A stretch of 64,000 bases of DNA. It comes from an uncultured Acidimicrobiaceae bacterium. Lineage in GTDB: Bacteria; Actinomycetota; Acidimicrobiia; Acidimicrobiales; Palsa-688. The stretch's first letter is position 1. Each line of letters opens with the position of its first letter. Positions 18,605 through 29,612 of this stretch are shown in pieces. Under the pieces are notes generated by a model, which was not told where the DNA came from, searched no databases, and saw only the letters and a program-made list of their open reading frames with translations. The translations under genes and the position numbers were made by a program. Location of the stretch: the NCBI GenBank assembly GCA_963794745.1, contig CAWCEZ010000005.1, positions 255,189-319,188 of the forward strand. The letters run 5' to 3'.

Positions 18605-20372
18605 CTATGGCGCCGGCCCCAAGGCCGCGGCTCACACTGAGGAACCCGGCGTCGCCGACGGCAGATCTCCGGCCGATCAGCACTACGAGCGGGCGTGTAA
18701 AGAAGTAGGTCGTGATGACGTTGAGAAGTGTGGCGAGCCCGAGGAAGAACGCGAACCCGCGAACGTCGCCGACTGTAAGGGCGTACAGGATCAGCGCGCC
18801 TATGAAAGAAGAGAAGTCTGCTGCAAGCACCGTCCTGAAGGCGCGCTTGAAGCCCTTTTCCACCGAGGTGCGCACCGTGCGACCGGCACGGATCTCTTCC
18901 TTGAGGCGTTCAAAATAGACCACGCACGAGTCCGCGGTAACACCGACGGACACGATTAAGCCGATCACCCCCGACAGTGTCAGCGTGAGGTTGTCGGTGT
19001 AGCTGAGCAACGTCGTGATCGCGTACAGGAAGGCACCCGAGACGAATATCCCGATCACCACGACGAGCCCCAGCGCCCGGTAGTAAATGATGAGGTAGAT
19101 GAGCACCAAAAGCACGGCGATCCCACCGGCTATCGCGCCAGCCCTGAGCGAGTCGGTACCGATTTGCGGCGAGACATTGTCGATGTCCTGGGCCACGAAA
19201 CGCACAGGCAACGAGCCGTAGCTGAGCGCCTGGGCGAGGCTCTGGGCTTCTGCCTGTGTGAAGGGGGCAGACGAAGATCCACTGATCTGCGCCGAACCCG
19301 GGAAGTTGTTGGAGTCGATCGAAGGAGCCGACTCAACCGTCCCATCGAGCTCGACCGCCTGCAGTGCGCAGTAGGGAGGGTTGCTGGTGTCCTCCTCGTA
19401 GCACTTGTAGTGAGCTGCCGCGTACTTGTTGAACGCCGTCGAGCCGGCACTCGTGAAGTTCAAGACGACTTCCCACTCGTCGGTTTGCGAATCGAGGTCT
19501 GCAGCGGCCGACTTGACTATGTTCCCCGACATTTCAGCCGGGGCTAGCACGTAGCGGCCCTGCGCGTAGCCCGTGTAGTTGGGCAGGACCACCGTGTCGC
19601 TGGCGTTGTCGTCCTGGGGGGGCGTAACGCCGAACTTGTTGCCGTTCGGCGGGTTGTACAGCTCTTGTTCTGTCGCGCTGGCGTTGCAGACGCTAGCCGG
19701 AGTGGTGGTGGTAGTAGTAGGAGCCGTAGCGCTGGTGGGGACTGTCGTGGTCGAGCCCGCCGAAGTCGTGGGCGTCGGTACCGAGGTGTGAGTTGCCGCA
19801 GCTGCGACGGGGTAACTCGCCGACGCGAGGTGCGCGTCCAAATGGGCGAGCGGCAAAGCGCGGCTTGGCCCGGCTGCGGACTTTGCAGGCACCGACGTCG
19901 AGGTACTGCCTGTGCTCTTGGACTTGACGTTGGGGGTGGTCTTGGCTTTCGCCTTACCCGGGACCGTCGTTGTCGTACCCGTCGGGGTAGAGGTCTTAGT
20001 GGTCGGTGGCATGTAGAAAGGCGAGATTATGCAGTCGACGGGGCGGAAAAACAGCTGCGCGGTCTCGCCGAGCAAGCTCAGCACCTTGGTGTCGTCCTTG
20101 GCTCCGGGCAGCTCGATCACGATGTCGCCGCCCTGGACGGCCACGGTCGAGTTGGAAACACCGGTGCCGTTGACGCGCCGGTCCATAATGTTGACTGCCT
20201 CTTGCAAGATGTTGGAGTTGACGGCGCCTTCGGGCCTCTCGGTGACCGACACGCCACCTTTCAGGTCCAGCCCGAGCAGTGGGGTCTTACCTGTGAGGAC
20301 AGTGGCGCCGACGCTCAGTACCGCAATGAGGACCATCGCGACAAACGAATAAACAAGCGAACGGGTACGCAC
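18597..20372 (-). CDS. secD: protein translocase subunit SecD with T/P/S-rich insertion in the periplasmic head domain
   Basis: 591-aa ORF with an N-terminal TM segment and a C-terminal six-TM SecD core (GLDLKGG, SFIGALILYALT). A low-complexity insert of about 120 aa spans residues ~118-240. Confidence 0.9.
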   Translation of the reverse strand: MRTRSLVYSFVAMVLIAVLSVGATVLTGKTPLLGLDLKGGVSVTERPEGAVNSNILQEAVNIMDRRVNGTGVSNSTVAVQGGDIVIELPGAKDDTKVLSLLGETAQLFFRPVDCIISPFYMPPTTKTSTPTGTTTTVPGKAKAKTTPNVKSKSTGSTSTSVPAKSAAGPSRALPLAHLDAHLASASYPVAAAATHTSVPTPTTSAGSTTTVPTSATAPTTTTTTPASVCNASATEQELYNPPNGNKFGVTPPQDDNASDTVVLPNYTGYAQGRYVLAPAEMSGNIVKSAAADLDSQTDEWEVVLNFTSAGSTAFNKYAAAHYKCYEEDTSNPPYCALQAVELDGTVESAPSIDSNNFPGSAQISGSSSAPFTQAEAQSLAQALSYGSLPVRFVAQDIDNVSPQIGTDSLRAGAIAGGIAVLLVLIYLIIYYRALGLVVVIGIFVSGAFLYAITTLLSYTDNLTLTLSGVIGLIVSVGVTADSCVVYFERLKEEIRAGRTVRTSVEKGFKRAFRTVLAADFSSFIGALILYALTVGDVRGFAFFLGLATLLNVITTYFFTRPLVVLIGRRSAVGDAGFLSVSRGLGAGAIAQ

Positions 20373-20377
20373 GGTTA

Positions 20378-20956
20378 CTACTTGGCCCCGCCGGTGGGCT
20401 CGGCACCGCCGTCCCCGTGGGCCCAGTCGGCACTGCCCGACCCGCCAGCATCCCCATCACCAGCTTCGTGGCCGTCATCATCAGCGCCGTCGGAAGCCCA
20501 GGCATCGCTCTCGGACGAAGGCACATCACTTACGTCGGTGGTCGTGCGCGCCGTGCGAGATGCGCCCAAGCCACCCCCGCCGAGACCACCGAAGCCGCGG
20601 CCGCCGCCCCTAGGCGCCATCCTGGCCTCATAGGCCGTGCGGGACTGAACGGCCCCGTTCACGAAGGTGACCACGACGCCGTCGGCGACCTCGATATCGA
20701 CGTCGCCTTCCCCGAGGCGCACAACGTGGCCGACCATACCCCCGGCGATGACCTCGTCACCCAGGTCGAAGGCCTTGCTCTGGCGCATGGCCGCCATGCG
20801 GCGGTTACGGCTGGGCCGGATGAGGACGAAGTACGCCACCGCGACGATGACGATCAGGAACAGAAAGGCCGAGGAGGAAGTCGATGACGTGGACTTGGCC
20901 GCGGTAGTCGGTGTCGTCGCTGCGACGAGACTTGAGACGCTATTTATGAGATGCAT
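20378..20956 (-). CDS. yajC: preprotein translocase subunit YajC with long Gly/Asp-rich C-terminal extension
   Basis: YajC core (YFVLIRPSRNRRMAAMRQSKAFDLGDEVIAGGMVGHVV) plus a low-complexity tail of about 90 aa. Sits upstream of secD. Confidence 0.8.
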   Translation of the reverse strand: MHLINSVSSLVAATTPTTAAKSTSSTSSSAFLFLIVIVAVAYFVLIRPSRNRRMAAMRQSKAFDLGDEVIAGGMVGHVVRLGEGDVDIEVADGVVVTFVNGAVQSRTAYEARMAPRGGGRGFGGLGGGGLGASRTARTTTDVSDVPSSESDAWASDGADDDGHEAGDGDAGGSGSADWAHGDGGAEPTGGAK

Positions 20957-21026
20957 ATGAAGGTGGGGCCCATCCAGCGATCGCTAAGTGGGCCCAAAAG
21001 CGGGCCCTTCGACTAAGGACAACGCG

Positions 21027-22139
<1,113 letters not shown>

Positions 22140-22153
<14 letters not shown>

Positions 22154-23126
22154 GCCGGCCCACCACCATCGCGTCTCCGAAGGACAAGAAGCGGTAGCCC
22201 TGCCCGAGCGCGGTGGCGTAGAGGTCCCGCCAGCGTGGCCCGGCAAATGCCTCGAGCATGACCAGCAAGGTGCTCCGCGGTTGGTGGAAGTTGGTCATCA
22301 ACACGTCCACCACGGAGAAATCATGACCCGGCTTTATATACAGCACGGTGCGGCCGTCGAGCGCCCCAGTGGCCGCGGCAGACTCCAGGGCTCGCACCGT
22401 CGTGGTGCCGATCGCGACCACCCGCTTGGCCCGTTGGCACGCCTCCCAGGTCCGTTCAGGAACTGAGTAGCGCTCTGAGTGCATGAGGTGGCCCTCGACC
22501 TGGCCGCCTTTGATCGGCCGGAAAGTCCCGAGCCCGACCGCAAGGTCTAGGCGCTCGACCGTTGCCCCACGCTCCCGGCACTCCTCCAATACCTCGTGGG
22601 TCAGGTGGAGCCCAGCCGTCGGGGCGGCGACACTGCCCGGCCGGTCGGCATAGACCGTCTGGTAGCGGCCCGGCTCAGCCAACTTGGCGTGCACGTAGGG
22701 AGGCAGCGCCAGAGACCCGAAGGCGCTCAAGTCATCGACCAGGCTCGTTACCTCGCGGGCGCCGTCTGCGCGAGCTTGCCCAACCTCCACCACGGCAACT
22801 TCGCCCGCGTAGAGCAAGGTCCCTGGCGGCAAGCGCCGCCCGGGGCGCACAAGGGCTTCCCAGCTGCCGGGCCGCTGCGGCAACGGCTCCAAGAGGAGCA
22901 CTTCGGCGGCCCCGCCGGTGGCTTTGTGCAACAACAGCCGGGCCGGCACCACCCGCGAATCGTTGACCACCACGACGTCGCCCTCGCCCAGCAGGCTGGG
23001 GAGGTCCCTCACCCGCAGGTGCTCCGGCTCCGCTCCGAGAGCGACGAGCAGGCGCGCCGAGTCGCGCGGTTCCGCTGGGACCTGAGCGATCGCTTCTTCG
23101 GGGAGGTCGTAGCTGGGGACTTCCAA
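22140..23126 (-). CDS. queA: S-adenosylmethionine:tRNA ribosyltransferase-isomerase
   Basis: 328-aa ORF with the QueA N terminus (YDLPEEAIAQVPAEPRDSARLL) and TNFHQPRSTLL motif. Intact. Confidence 0.9.
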
Positions 23127-23167
23127 AGTCCAACCAGTTTGCCCGACCGAGCTATCAGCCGAGGGCG

Positions 23168-24268
23168 CTAGCCCCAGAGAGTCGCTGACGGCCCTTCGCC
23201 GTCTTGGCCCTCCACGTGCACCCCAGGCGCCGCGAACGCCCCCGGCGGTGGCGTAAGTCCGAGGTGCTCCCAGGCCAGGGGTGTGGCCACCCTGCCTCGG
23301 GGCGTCCGCATGAGCATGCCGAGCTGGAGCAGGAAGGGCTCGTAGACGTCTTCGACGGTCTCGGGCTCTTCACCGACCGAAACCGCAAGCGTGCTGAGGC
23401 CTACGGGGCCGCCGCGGAAACGCAAGCACGTTGCCTCCAGGATCGCCCGGTCCACCTTGTCAAGGCCGAGTTCGTCGACCTGGAACAGCTCCAAGCCGTA
23501 CTTGGCGACCTCCTCGTTGATCGTCCCGTCGCCGCGAACCTCGGCGTAGTCACGTACGCGCTTCAACAAACGGTTGGCCAGGCGGGGCGTACCGCGCGAA
23601 CGCTTCGCTATCTCGGCGCCACCCTGGCGGTCGAGCACGGCTCGTAGGACCCCCGCCGACCTACGCACGATCACCTCAAGGTCGGCCACTTCGTAGTAGT
23701 CGAGCCGGGCGACAAAGCCGAAGCGGTCGCGCAGCGGCCCGGTGATGAGCCCGGTGCGGGTTGTCGCGCCCACCAGGGTAAAGCGCGGCAGGTCGAGGCG
23801 GAGGCTCCTCGCTGCGGGGCCCTTTCCGAGCACGATATCGAGCTGGAAGTCCTCCATCGCCGGGTACAGGATCTCCTCGACCGGCCTGGCTAGACGGTGG
23901 ATCTCGTCAACGAACAGGACGTCGCCGTCCGACAGGTTTGTCAACAACGCTGCCAGGTCGCCGGCACGTACAAGCGCGGGGCCGGAAGTGACCCGGAACG
24001 AGGCACCCATTTCGTTGGCGACTATCCCGGCGAGCGATGTCTTGCCGAGCCCCGGAGGCCCCGCGAACAGCATGTGGTCGGCGGGCTCGTCGCGCCGCCG
24101 CGCCGCCTCGATCATGATGGACAAGTGCTCCTTGAGCTGCGCCTGCCCGACGAACTCGGCGAGCCGACGCGGTCGTAGTGTCGCCTCCTCCGCAATTTCG
24201 ACTGGGTCTGCAACTGGCGCCAATAGCCGGAACTCAGGGCTGGTCTGGTCCTCGCCCGAGCCGCTCAC
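23168..24268 (-). CDS. ruvB: Holliday junction branch migration ATPase RuvB
   Basis: Walker [10 protein letters not shown], Walker [10 protein letters not shown], and a RuvB C-terminal winged helix. Confidence 0.95.
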   Translation of the reverse strand: MSGSGEDQTSPEFRLLAPVADPVEIAEEATLRPRRLAEFVGQAQLKEHLSIMIEAARRRDEPADHMLFAGPPGLGKTSLAGIVANEMGASFRVTSGPALVRAGDLAALLTNLSDGDVLFVDEIHRLARPVEEILYPAMEDFQLDIVLGKGPAARSLRLDLPRFTLVGATTRTGLITGPLRDRFGFVARLDYYEVADLEVIVRRSAGVLRAVLDRQGGAEIAKRSRGTPRLANRLLKRVRDYAEVRGDGTINEEVAKYGLELFQVDELGLDKVDRAILEATCLRFRGGPVGLSTLAVSVGEEPETVEDVYEPFLLQLGMLMRTPRGRVATPLAWEHLGLTPPPGAFAAPGVHVEGQDGEGPSATLWG

Positions 24269-24927
24269 GGGTTACCCGCCAGCTCCCTCAGCGCGTAACG
24301 CAGCATCTCCTCGGTCGAACCTTCCACCGGTAGACGCGCGAGCACTTGGCGAACCTCGTCGTTGCCGTAGCCAAGCGACCCGAGAGCAGCCCTCAGCTCT
24401 TCGCGCTGCGCCGCACGGTCGGCTGCGCTCGCTTCGTGCGGACCGGCTGGGCCGACGCCACCAGGGCCGAAAACCGGGTGAGCGGAGCCGCCGCCCTCTG
24501 CCATCACGGCCGCCTCAAAACGAGGGGCCAGTTCCATTACCAAGCGGGCTGCAGTCTTTTTACCGATGCCAGGCACCAGGGTCAGAGCGTCTTCGTCATT
24601 GTTGAGCACCGCTCGGCGCAACGCTGCCGGCGAGAGTACCGACAACAGCGCCAGCGCCACAGCCGGGCCGACCCCGTGCGCTCCCAGCAGTAGCTCAAAA
24701 CAGTCCCTCTCCTCCCGTGACGGGAACCCGTAGAGCACCATCGCGTCCTCGCGCACATGGGTGTGGACGTGCAGGAAGGTCGGCGCGCCCAACTGGCCGC
24801 ATCGGCCGGCACTGCCCCCCGGGACAAGCACCCTGTACCCGACACCGGCGACCTCGACCAACAGCTCGACCTGGTGGTCGCCGCGGAGCAAACGGTCGAG
24901 CACAGTCCCGCGCAACGACCCGATCAA
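24265..24927 (-). CDS. ruvA: Holliday junction DNA helicase subunit RuvA
   Basis: [10 protein letters not shown] terminus, HhH motifs ([15 protein letters not shown]), and a 4-nt overlap with ruvB. Confidence 0.9.
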   Translation of the reverse strand: MIGSLRGTVLDRLLRGDHQVELLVEVAGVGYRVLVPGGSAGRCGQLGAPTFLHVHTHVREDAMVLYGFPSREERDCFELLLGAHGVGPAVALALLSVLSPAALRRAVLNNDEDALTLVPGIGKKTAARLVMELAPRFEAAVMAEGGGSAHPVFGPGGVGPAGPHEASAADRAAQREELRAALGSLGYGNDEVRQVLARLPVEGSTEEMLRYALRELAGNP

Positions 24928-24940
24928 TGCCTAATTCCAG

Positions 24941-25573
24941 TCAATGCCTAAGTCCCGTCGTGGCTGGGACCTCTCCGGGCCCCGCCTGCTCGAGGCGCGG
25001 CAACGGCTTGTGGGCACCCGCGGGCTGAGCTAAGCGAGGAGGGCCTGGGTGATGAGGGACCGGGTGGGACCCACCACCCTTGGCCAAGGCCGCCGCGCGC
25101 ATCAGCGGCGCGCTGGCCAGGTGGCAGAGAGCGAGGGCCAGTGCGTCAGCGATATCGGGAGGAGACGGTTTCTCGGGCATGTCCAGCAGGACTTGCACCA
25201 TCCGCTGCACCTGGTCCTTGCCGGCGTTACCCCACCCCGTAACGGCTTGTTTCACCTCGTTGGGGCTGTACTGCACGACAGGAATGCCCCCTTCGGCCGC
25301 GGCAGCAAGGGCCAAGCCGCTCGCTTGGCCGACCGACATCGCGGTCCGGGCGTTGGTCTGGAACAGCACCCGCTCGACCACAACGACCTCCGGCGAGAGC
25401 CTCGCGAAAAGCAGCCGCAGCTCTCGCAGCAGCTCTGCCAGGCGCTCTGCGAGCGGGTTGGTCGTCGGGGTCGTGATCACTCCCGACACGACCGCTACCG
25501 GCTGGCCGTTCTCCTGGCGCACTGCCCCGTACCCGCACCTCGTGAGGCCGGGGTCGATGCCCAATACGAACAT
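24941..25573 (-). CDS. ruvC: crossover junction endodeoxyribonuclease RuvC
   Basis: VLGIDPGLTRCGYG catalytic N terminus. Followed by a P/G-rich C-terminal extension. Confidence 0.9.
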   Translation of the reverse strand: MFVLGIDPGLTRCGYGAVRQENGQPVAVVSGVITTPTTNPLAERLAELLRELRLLFARLSPEVVVVERVLFQTNARTAMSVGQASGLALAAAAEGGIPVVQYSPNEVKQAVTGWGNAGKDQVQRMVQVLLDMPEKPSPPDIADALALALCHLASAPLMRAAALAKGGGSHPVPHHPGPPRLAQPAGAHKPLPRLEQAGPGEVPATTGLRH

Positions 25574-25633
25574 TAGTTCGGTACTCTACCACCCGGGCCG
25601 GAAGACCTGGTGGATGCGCCACAGCCTGGAGCG

Positions 25634-26389
25634 TTAGACCTCCACGAGCTCCATAACCGAGTCCGGGATGTCAAAGTTCGCATAGACGTTCTGCACATCG
25701 TCGTGCTCGTCCAGCAAATCGATCAGGCGTAACACCTTGCGGGCATCGCCTTCGCTGTCGATCGGCACCGACTGCGAAGGCTGCATCGTCAGCTCGGACG
25801 ACGACACCGGCCAGCCGCCCGCTTCAAGGGCCGTGCGCACTGCCGATAAGTCGCTTGGGGGGGTCAGTACTTCCCAGGTGTCACCGTCGTCACGCACGTC
25901 CTCGGCGCCGGCGTCAGCGGCCAACAGCATCAGGTCGTCCTCGGAGAGCTTGCCGTCCTGGGCAACGGTGACGATCCCTTTTCGCTCGAACTGCCACGCC
26001 ACCGCACCCGGCTCGGCCATCGAGCCACCGTTCTTGGAGAAGGTGGCACGGATGTCGGCACCGGTCCTGTTGCGGTTGTCAGTCAGGCATTCGACGATGA
26101 CGGCCACACCGCAGGGCGCATAACCCTCGTAAACGACGGGCTCGTAGCGGACGCCCTCCAGCTCGCCAGTCCCCCGCTTTATCGCACGCTCGATCGTCTC
26201 CATCGGGACCGATGCGTCACGGGCCTTCTGGTACATGGTCCGCAGCGTCGGGTTGTCGTCCAGGTGCCCGCCGCCTTCTCGCGCGGCCACCTCGACCTGG
26301 CGGATTATCTTGGCGAAAAGCTTGCCGCGGGCCTTGTCCAAAGCACCTTTTTTGTGCTTGGTAGTGGCCCATTTAGAGTGCCCTGACAT
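25634..26389 (-). CDS. yebC: YebC/PmpR family DNA-binding transcriptional regulator
   Basis: MSGHSKWATTKHKKGALDKARGKLF signature. 251 aa. Confidence 0.9.
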   Translation of the reverse strand: MSGHSKWATTKHKKGALDKARGKLFAKIIRQVEVAAREGGGHLDDNPTLRTMYQKARDASVPMETIERAIKRGTGELEGVRYEPVVYEGYAPCGVAVIVECLTDNRNRTGADIRATFSKNGGSMAEPGAVAWQFERKGIVTVAQDGKLSEDDLMLLAADAGAEDVRDDGDTWEVLTPPSDLSAVRTALEAGGWPVSSSELTMQPSQSVPIDSEGDARKVLRLIDLLDEHDDVQNVYANFDIPDSVMELVEV

Positions 26390-26535
26390 CGTCCTGCCTC
26401 ATAAAAGGGTTTCTTTCCTCATGACCGGGCGCTCGCCCAAGTCTCTTCAACTCTCCCCAATGGTACAGCCGTCCGCCGCGCACCCTTGTTGCTCTCCCGC
26501 CGCCGCGCGAGCTCGCTGCCAACCGGCTCGCCGCC

Positions 26536-27369
26536 CTACAGCTCGCGGAGGGCCTCGATCCTGTCCTTGATGCTGGTCTGCGGCTCCCGGGTGCCGCCCG
26601 GGTCGGCGAACCACAGCTGGGCAGTGCCTCGTGAGGCCCCGCGGACTTCGGTCCCCTTGGCCTCCATCTTCTCTAGCGCCCCGATCAGACCGGGTGGGTA
26701 ACGGGTGAAGCTGACGGCGGCACGGTCCATGGCAGTCACCGGCTCGGGCGGCGAGAGCAGGGTGGCAAAAAAGCCGATAGTCGCCACCGTCACCGTCGCG
26801 GGCAGCATGTCGTGGCAGCGGATCCTCGTTAGCTGCTGCGCGATCACCCCTTCGAGCTCGACACGGTTCAGCTCGGCCAGGAGGCCCTCGGTGACAACGA
26901 GCGTGGCGGTGCGCCGGCGACGCCCGCAGACTGCCGCGTTGAGCGTCGTCTCGTCGCGGACCCTGAGCTCGGGCTTGCGGGCCCCGATAGTTGCACAGAG
27001 CCCTTCGACCAGGTTGAACAGGCGTGCCTCCGAAACGGGGTCGGCTGGGCGACCGTCGAGAGCTTTGCGGGCTGCAGGCTCAGCGGCCCACCACATGATG
27101 ATGCCGAACAGGACCGTGCCAGCGATGAGCCCAGCTATCCCCGCGAGCCAGCCCGAGTAGTACAGCAGCAGGAGCCCGGCTACCACGCCGAGCGGGATCG
27201 AGGCAACGATGACCAGCGCCACAGCCCGCCGACGGTTTGCCTTTGTCCGGGAACGGAGCGTGTCAGCGGCCATCGCGGACAGAATGATAGGCCACTCGGG
27301 TCGCTTCGCAGGCGGCCTCGTCAGACGGGGCCTCGCCAGAGGCGCCCGGATCTCGGGCGCCCTCGTCAC
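26536..27369 (-). CDS. HtpX/M48-like membrane protein lacking the HExxH zinc site (pseudo-peptidase)
   Basis: Two N-terminal TM segments. NAAVCG...TLVVTEGLLAELNRVELEGVIAQQLTRIRCHD aligns with the HtpX pattern NAFATG...GLL..L...ELegVlAHElsHi.n.D. ATG 27273 (MAADTLRS...) is an alternative start. Confidence 0.7.
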   Translation of the reverse strand: MTRAPEIRAPLARPRLTRPPAKRPEWPIILSAMAADTLRSRTKANRRRAVALVIVASIPLGVVAGLLLLYYSGWLAGIAGLIAGTVLFGIIMWWAAEPAARKALDGRPADPVSEARLFNLVEGLCATIGARKPELRVRDETTLNAAVCGRRRRTATLVVTEGLLAELNRVELEGVIAQQLTRIRCHDMLPATVTVATIGFFATLLSPPEPVTAMDRAAVSFTRYPPGLIGALEKMEAKGTEVRGASRGTAQLWFADPGGTREPQTSIKDRIEALREL

Positions 27370-27383
27370 AGCCGTCCGCGTCT

Positions 27384-29492
27384 TTACGAGCTCTCCGGCA
27401 ACTTGCCGACTTCTAGCAAGCGAGAGAACTGCTCGGGCGGGACCGGACGGCCGAAATAGTAACCCTGCCCGAGTTGGCAGCCGAGCGACCGCAGCACGTC
27501 AGCCTGCTGCGCAGTCTCGATCCCCTCGGCGACAACCTCGAGGCCGTAGGTGTCGGCGATGGCAAGTATCGCCATGACCACCGACAGGTCGTGGGGGTCA
27601 GGCAACTGAGAGGTAAAGGTCTGGTCGACCTTGATGACCGTCGCGGGCAATTGTTTCAAATAAGCGAGCGAGCTGTAACCCGTGCCGAAATCGTCAATCG
27701 CTATGCCAAATCCGGCGTTGCGAAGCTCGCCCAGGACCGACCTGCTCGTCGCGGCGTCCTCCATCAGAGCCGTCTCGGTGACCTCCAGGACGATCGAGCT
27801 CGGTTTGGCACCGCCGTCAAGGAGCAGCCCGACGCTGCCAAGGAGCCCGGTGCCGCGCAGCTGCAACGCCGAGATGTTGACAGCGAGCTTCAACGATGGC
27901 GTTACCTGCAGCCAGGAACGCATCTGGCGCGCTGCGTCCGCGAGGACGATGTCGCCGATCTCGGCCACCAGGCCCAGTTCCTCGGCAAGTGGCATGAAGT
28001 CTTTCGCCTGCACAATTCCCCGCTCCGGGTCTTCCCAGCGCACAAGCGCTTCCGCCCCCACGAGCTGGCCCGTGTGGAGGTCGACGATCGGCTGGTAGTA
28101 CGGGACCAGGTGGTTGGCTTTGAGCGCCATGCGGAACAAGCGCGAGCCTTCCGCTCGCCGTTCGAGGTCGGGCCGGGTCTTCGGGTCATAGCGTGCGACG
28201 CTCCCCCGGGCTCGCCCTTTGGCCTGGTACATGGCCGCGTCGGCCTGGCTCAGCAGCGCGGCCACCGAGGAGGACGACCCCCCACGCACAACACCGGCGC
28301 TGACGCTCACCCACTGTTGCCTGTCCGGCAGCGCCACCGGCTGAGAAAAGGTAGCCATTATGTGCGAAACAACGAGGTCCAGTTGCGAATCGTCGGTGAT
28401 GTCCTCGCAAAGCACTACAAATTCGTCGCCGCCCATTCGCGCCACGGTGTCTGTGGACCGCACGGACTGCCTTAGCCGCTGTGCCACCGCTCGCAACAGC
28501 TTGTCGCCCACGTCGTGGCCGGCACTGTCGTTCAAGGTTTTGAAATGGTCGAGGTCGAAAAAGACGACCCCGATACCTTTTCCTTCACGCCGGCACCGTT
28601 CTAGGGCGTGGCTCATCCGGTCTTCGAGAAGGGCCCGGTTGGGCAAGCCGGTCAGGTGGTCGTGCATGGCCTGGTACGCGAGCGCCCTCTTGGAAGCCTT
28701 CTGTTGGGTGATGTCTCGGACGACTTGGGAGACCGCGGTCACCTGCCCCATCCGGTCGCGCAGCGGTGCGAGGCTGATGGAGACCTCCACACGTGAGCCG
28801 TGCTTGCAGACCCGGACCGACTCGACCCGGGTCAGCACCTCTCCGGCCCAGACCCGCTCCAATAACTCCGACGACTCGGTGCGTCGGTCGGACGGCACCA
28901 GGATGTCGAACGGCGAGCCGACAGCCTCCTTCTCGCTCCAGCCAAAAAGCTCTTCGGCACCGACGTTCCAGATCTCGATGACGCCTCCCGGCCCGGTGGT
29001 AAGGATCGCCTCGTCACACTCCTCGGCGATCGCGGCCAACAGTTGCTGGCGATGGACAGGTCCCGAACGCTGCGGCCGGGCACGTGCCGTTACGGCGAAC
29101 AGCCGCTGCCCGTCGCCACCTTCGAGGGGGCGTGCCTGGAGTGCTACGTGGAAAGATCTCCTACCAACGGCGCTCACTCGCCACATGGCGGGGGGTGCCC
29201 TGCCGGTGCGGACGGCCCGTCGCAGGGCTTGGCGCGCGGCCGCCCTTTGCGGCTCGTCCACGAAGCGGAAAATATCCTGGCCAACCAACTCGTCGACGCT
29301 CTGGTTGAACAGGCTCGCCAGATCGAGGTTCGCGAAAACAACGCGGCCCCCGGCGTCCACCATGGCCAGACCGGGCCCCGCACCGACGCTCGCCGCGTCC
29401 AGGCCAGGCCTAGCCCATTGCTCCCGCCTGCCTGTCTGTTGTTCCACTTCACCAGCCGTAGCAGATAAGTACCCATCAACCACGTAGAGCAA
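27384..29492 (-). CDS. PAS-PAS-GGDEF-EAL diguanylate cyclase/phosphodiesterase
   Basis: 702-aa ORF. Intact GGDEF with an RSTD I-site 5 residues upstream. Intact EAL set (GAEALVRW, NISALQL, LEVTET, DDFGTGYSSL, IKVD, AEGIET, GQGYYF). Confidence 0.9.
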   Translation of the reverse strand: MLYVVDGYLSATAGEVEQQTGRREQWARPGLDAASVGAGPGLAMVDAGGRVVFANLDLASLFNQSVDELVGQDIFRFVDEPQRAAARQALRRAVRTGRAPPAMWRVSAVGRRSFHVALQARPLEGGDGQRLFAVTARARPQRSGPVHRQQLLAAIAEECDEAILTTGPGGVIEIWNVGAEELFGWSEKEAVGSPFDILVPSDRRTESSELLERVWAGEVLTRVESVRVCKHGSRVEVSISLAPLRDRMGQVTAVSQVVRDITQQKASKRALAYQAMHDHLTGLPNRALLEDRMSHALERCRREGKGIGVVFFDLDHFKTLNDSAGHDVGDKLLRAVAQRLRQSVRSTDTVARMGGDEFVVLCEDITDDSQLDLVVSHIMATFSQPVALPDRQQWVSVSAGVVRGGSSSSVAALLSQADAAMYQAKGRARGSVARYDPKTRPDLERRAEGSRLFRMALKANHLVPYYQPIVDLHTGQLVGAEALVRWEDPERGIVQAKDFMPLAEELGLVAEIGDIVLADAARQMRSWLQVTPSLKLAVNISALQLRGTGLLGSVGLLLDGGAKPSSIVLEVTETALMEDAATSRSVLGELRNAGFGIAIDDFGTGYSSLAYLKQLPATVIKVDQTFTSQLPDPHDLSVVMAILAIADTYGLEVVAEGIETAQQADVLRSLGCQLGQGYYFGRPVPPEQFSRLLEVGKLPESS

Positions 29493-29612
29493 TCATCCGA
29501 CCACAAAGAATGTTGGGCGGGCCAGCAACGTTAACGAAGGGCGCAGGGTGCGAAACGGCGGTTCATCGCGGAACCAAATGCCTCCCCCAGGTGTCTTCCT
29601 CGGTGGTGGGTA

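Noticed and set aside
20957-21026. Three GGGCCC palindromes between yajC and tgt as a regulatory array.
   Set aside because: Short GC hexamers are expected by chance at this GC content. Their spacing is irregular.
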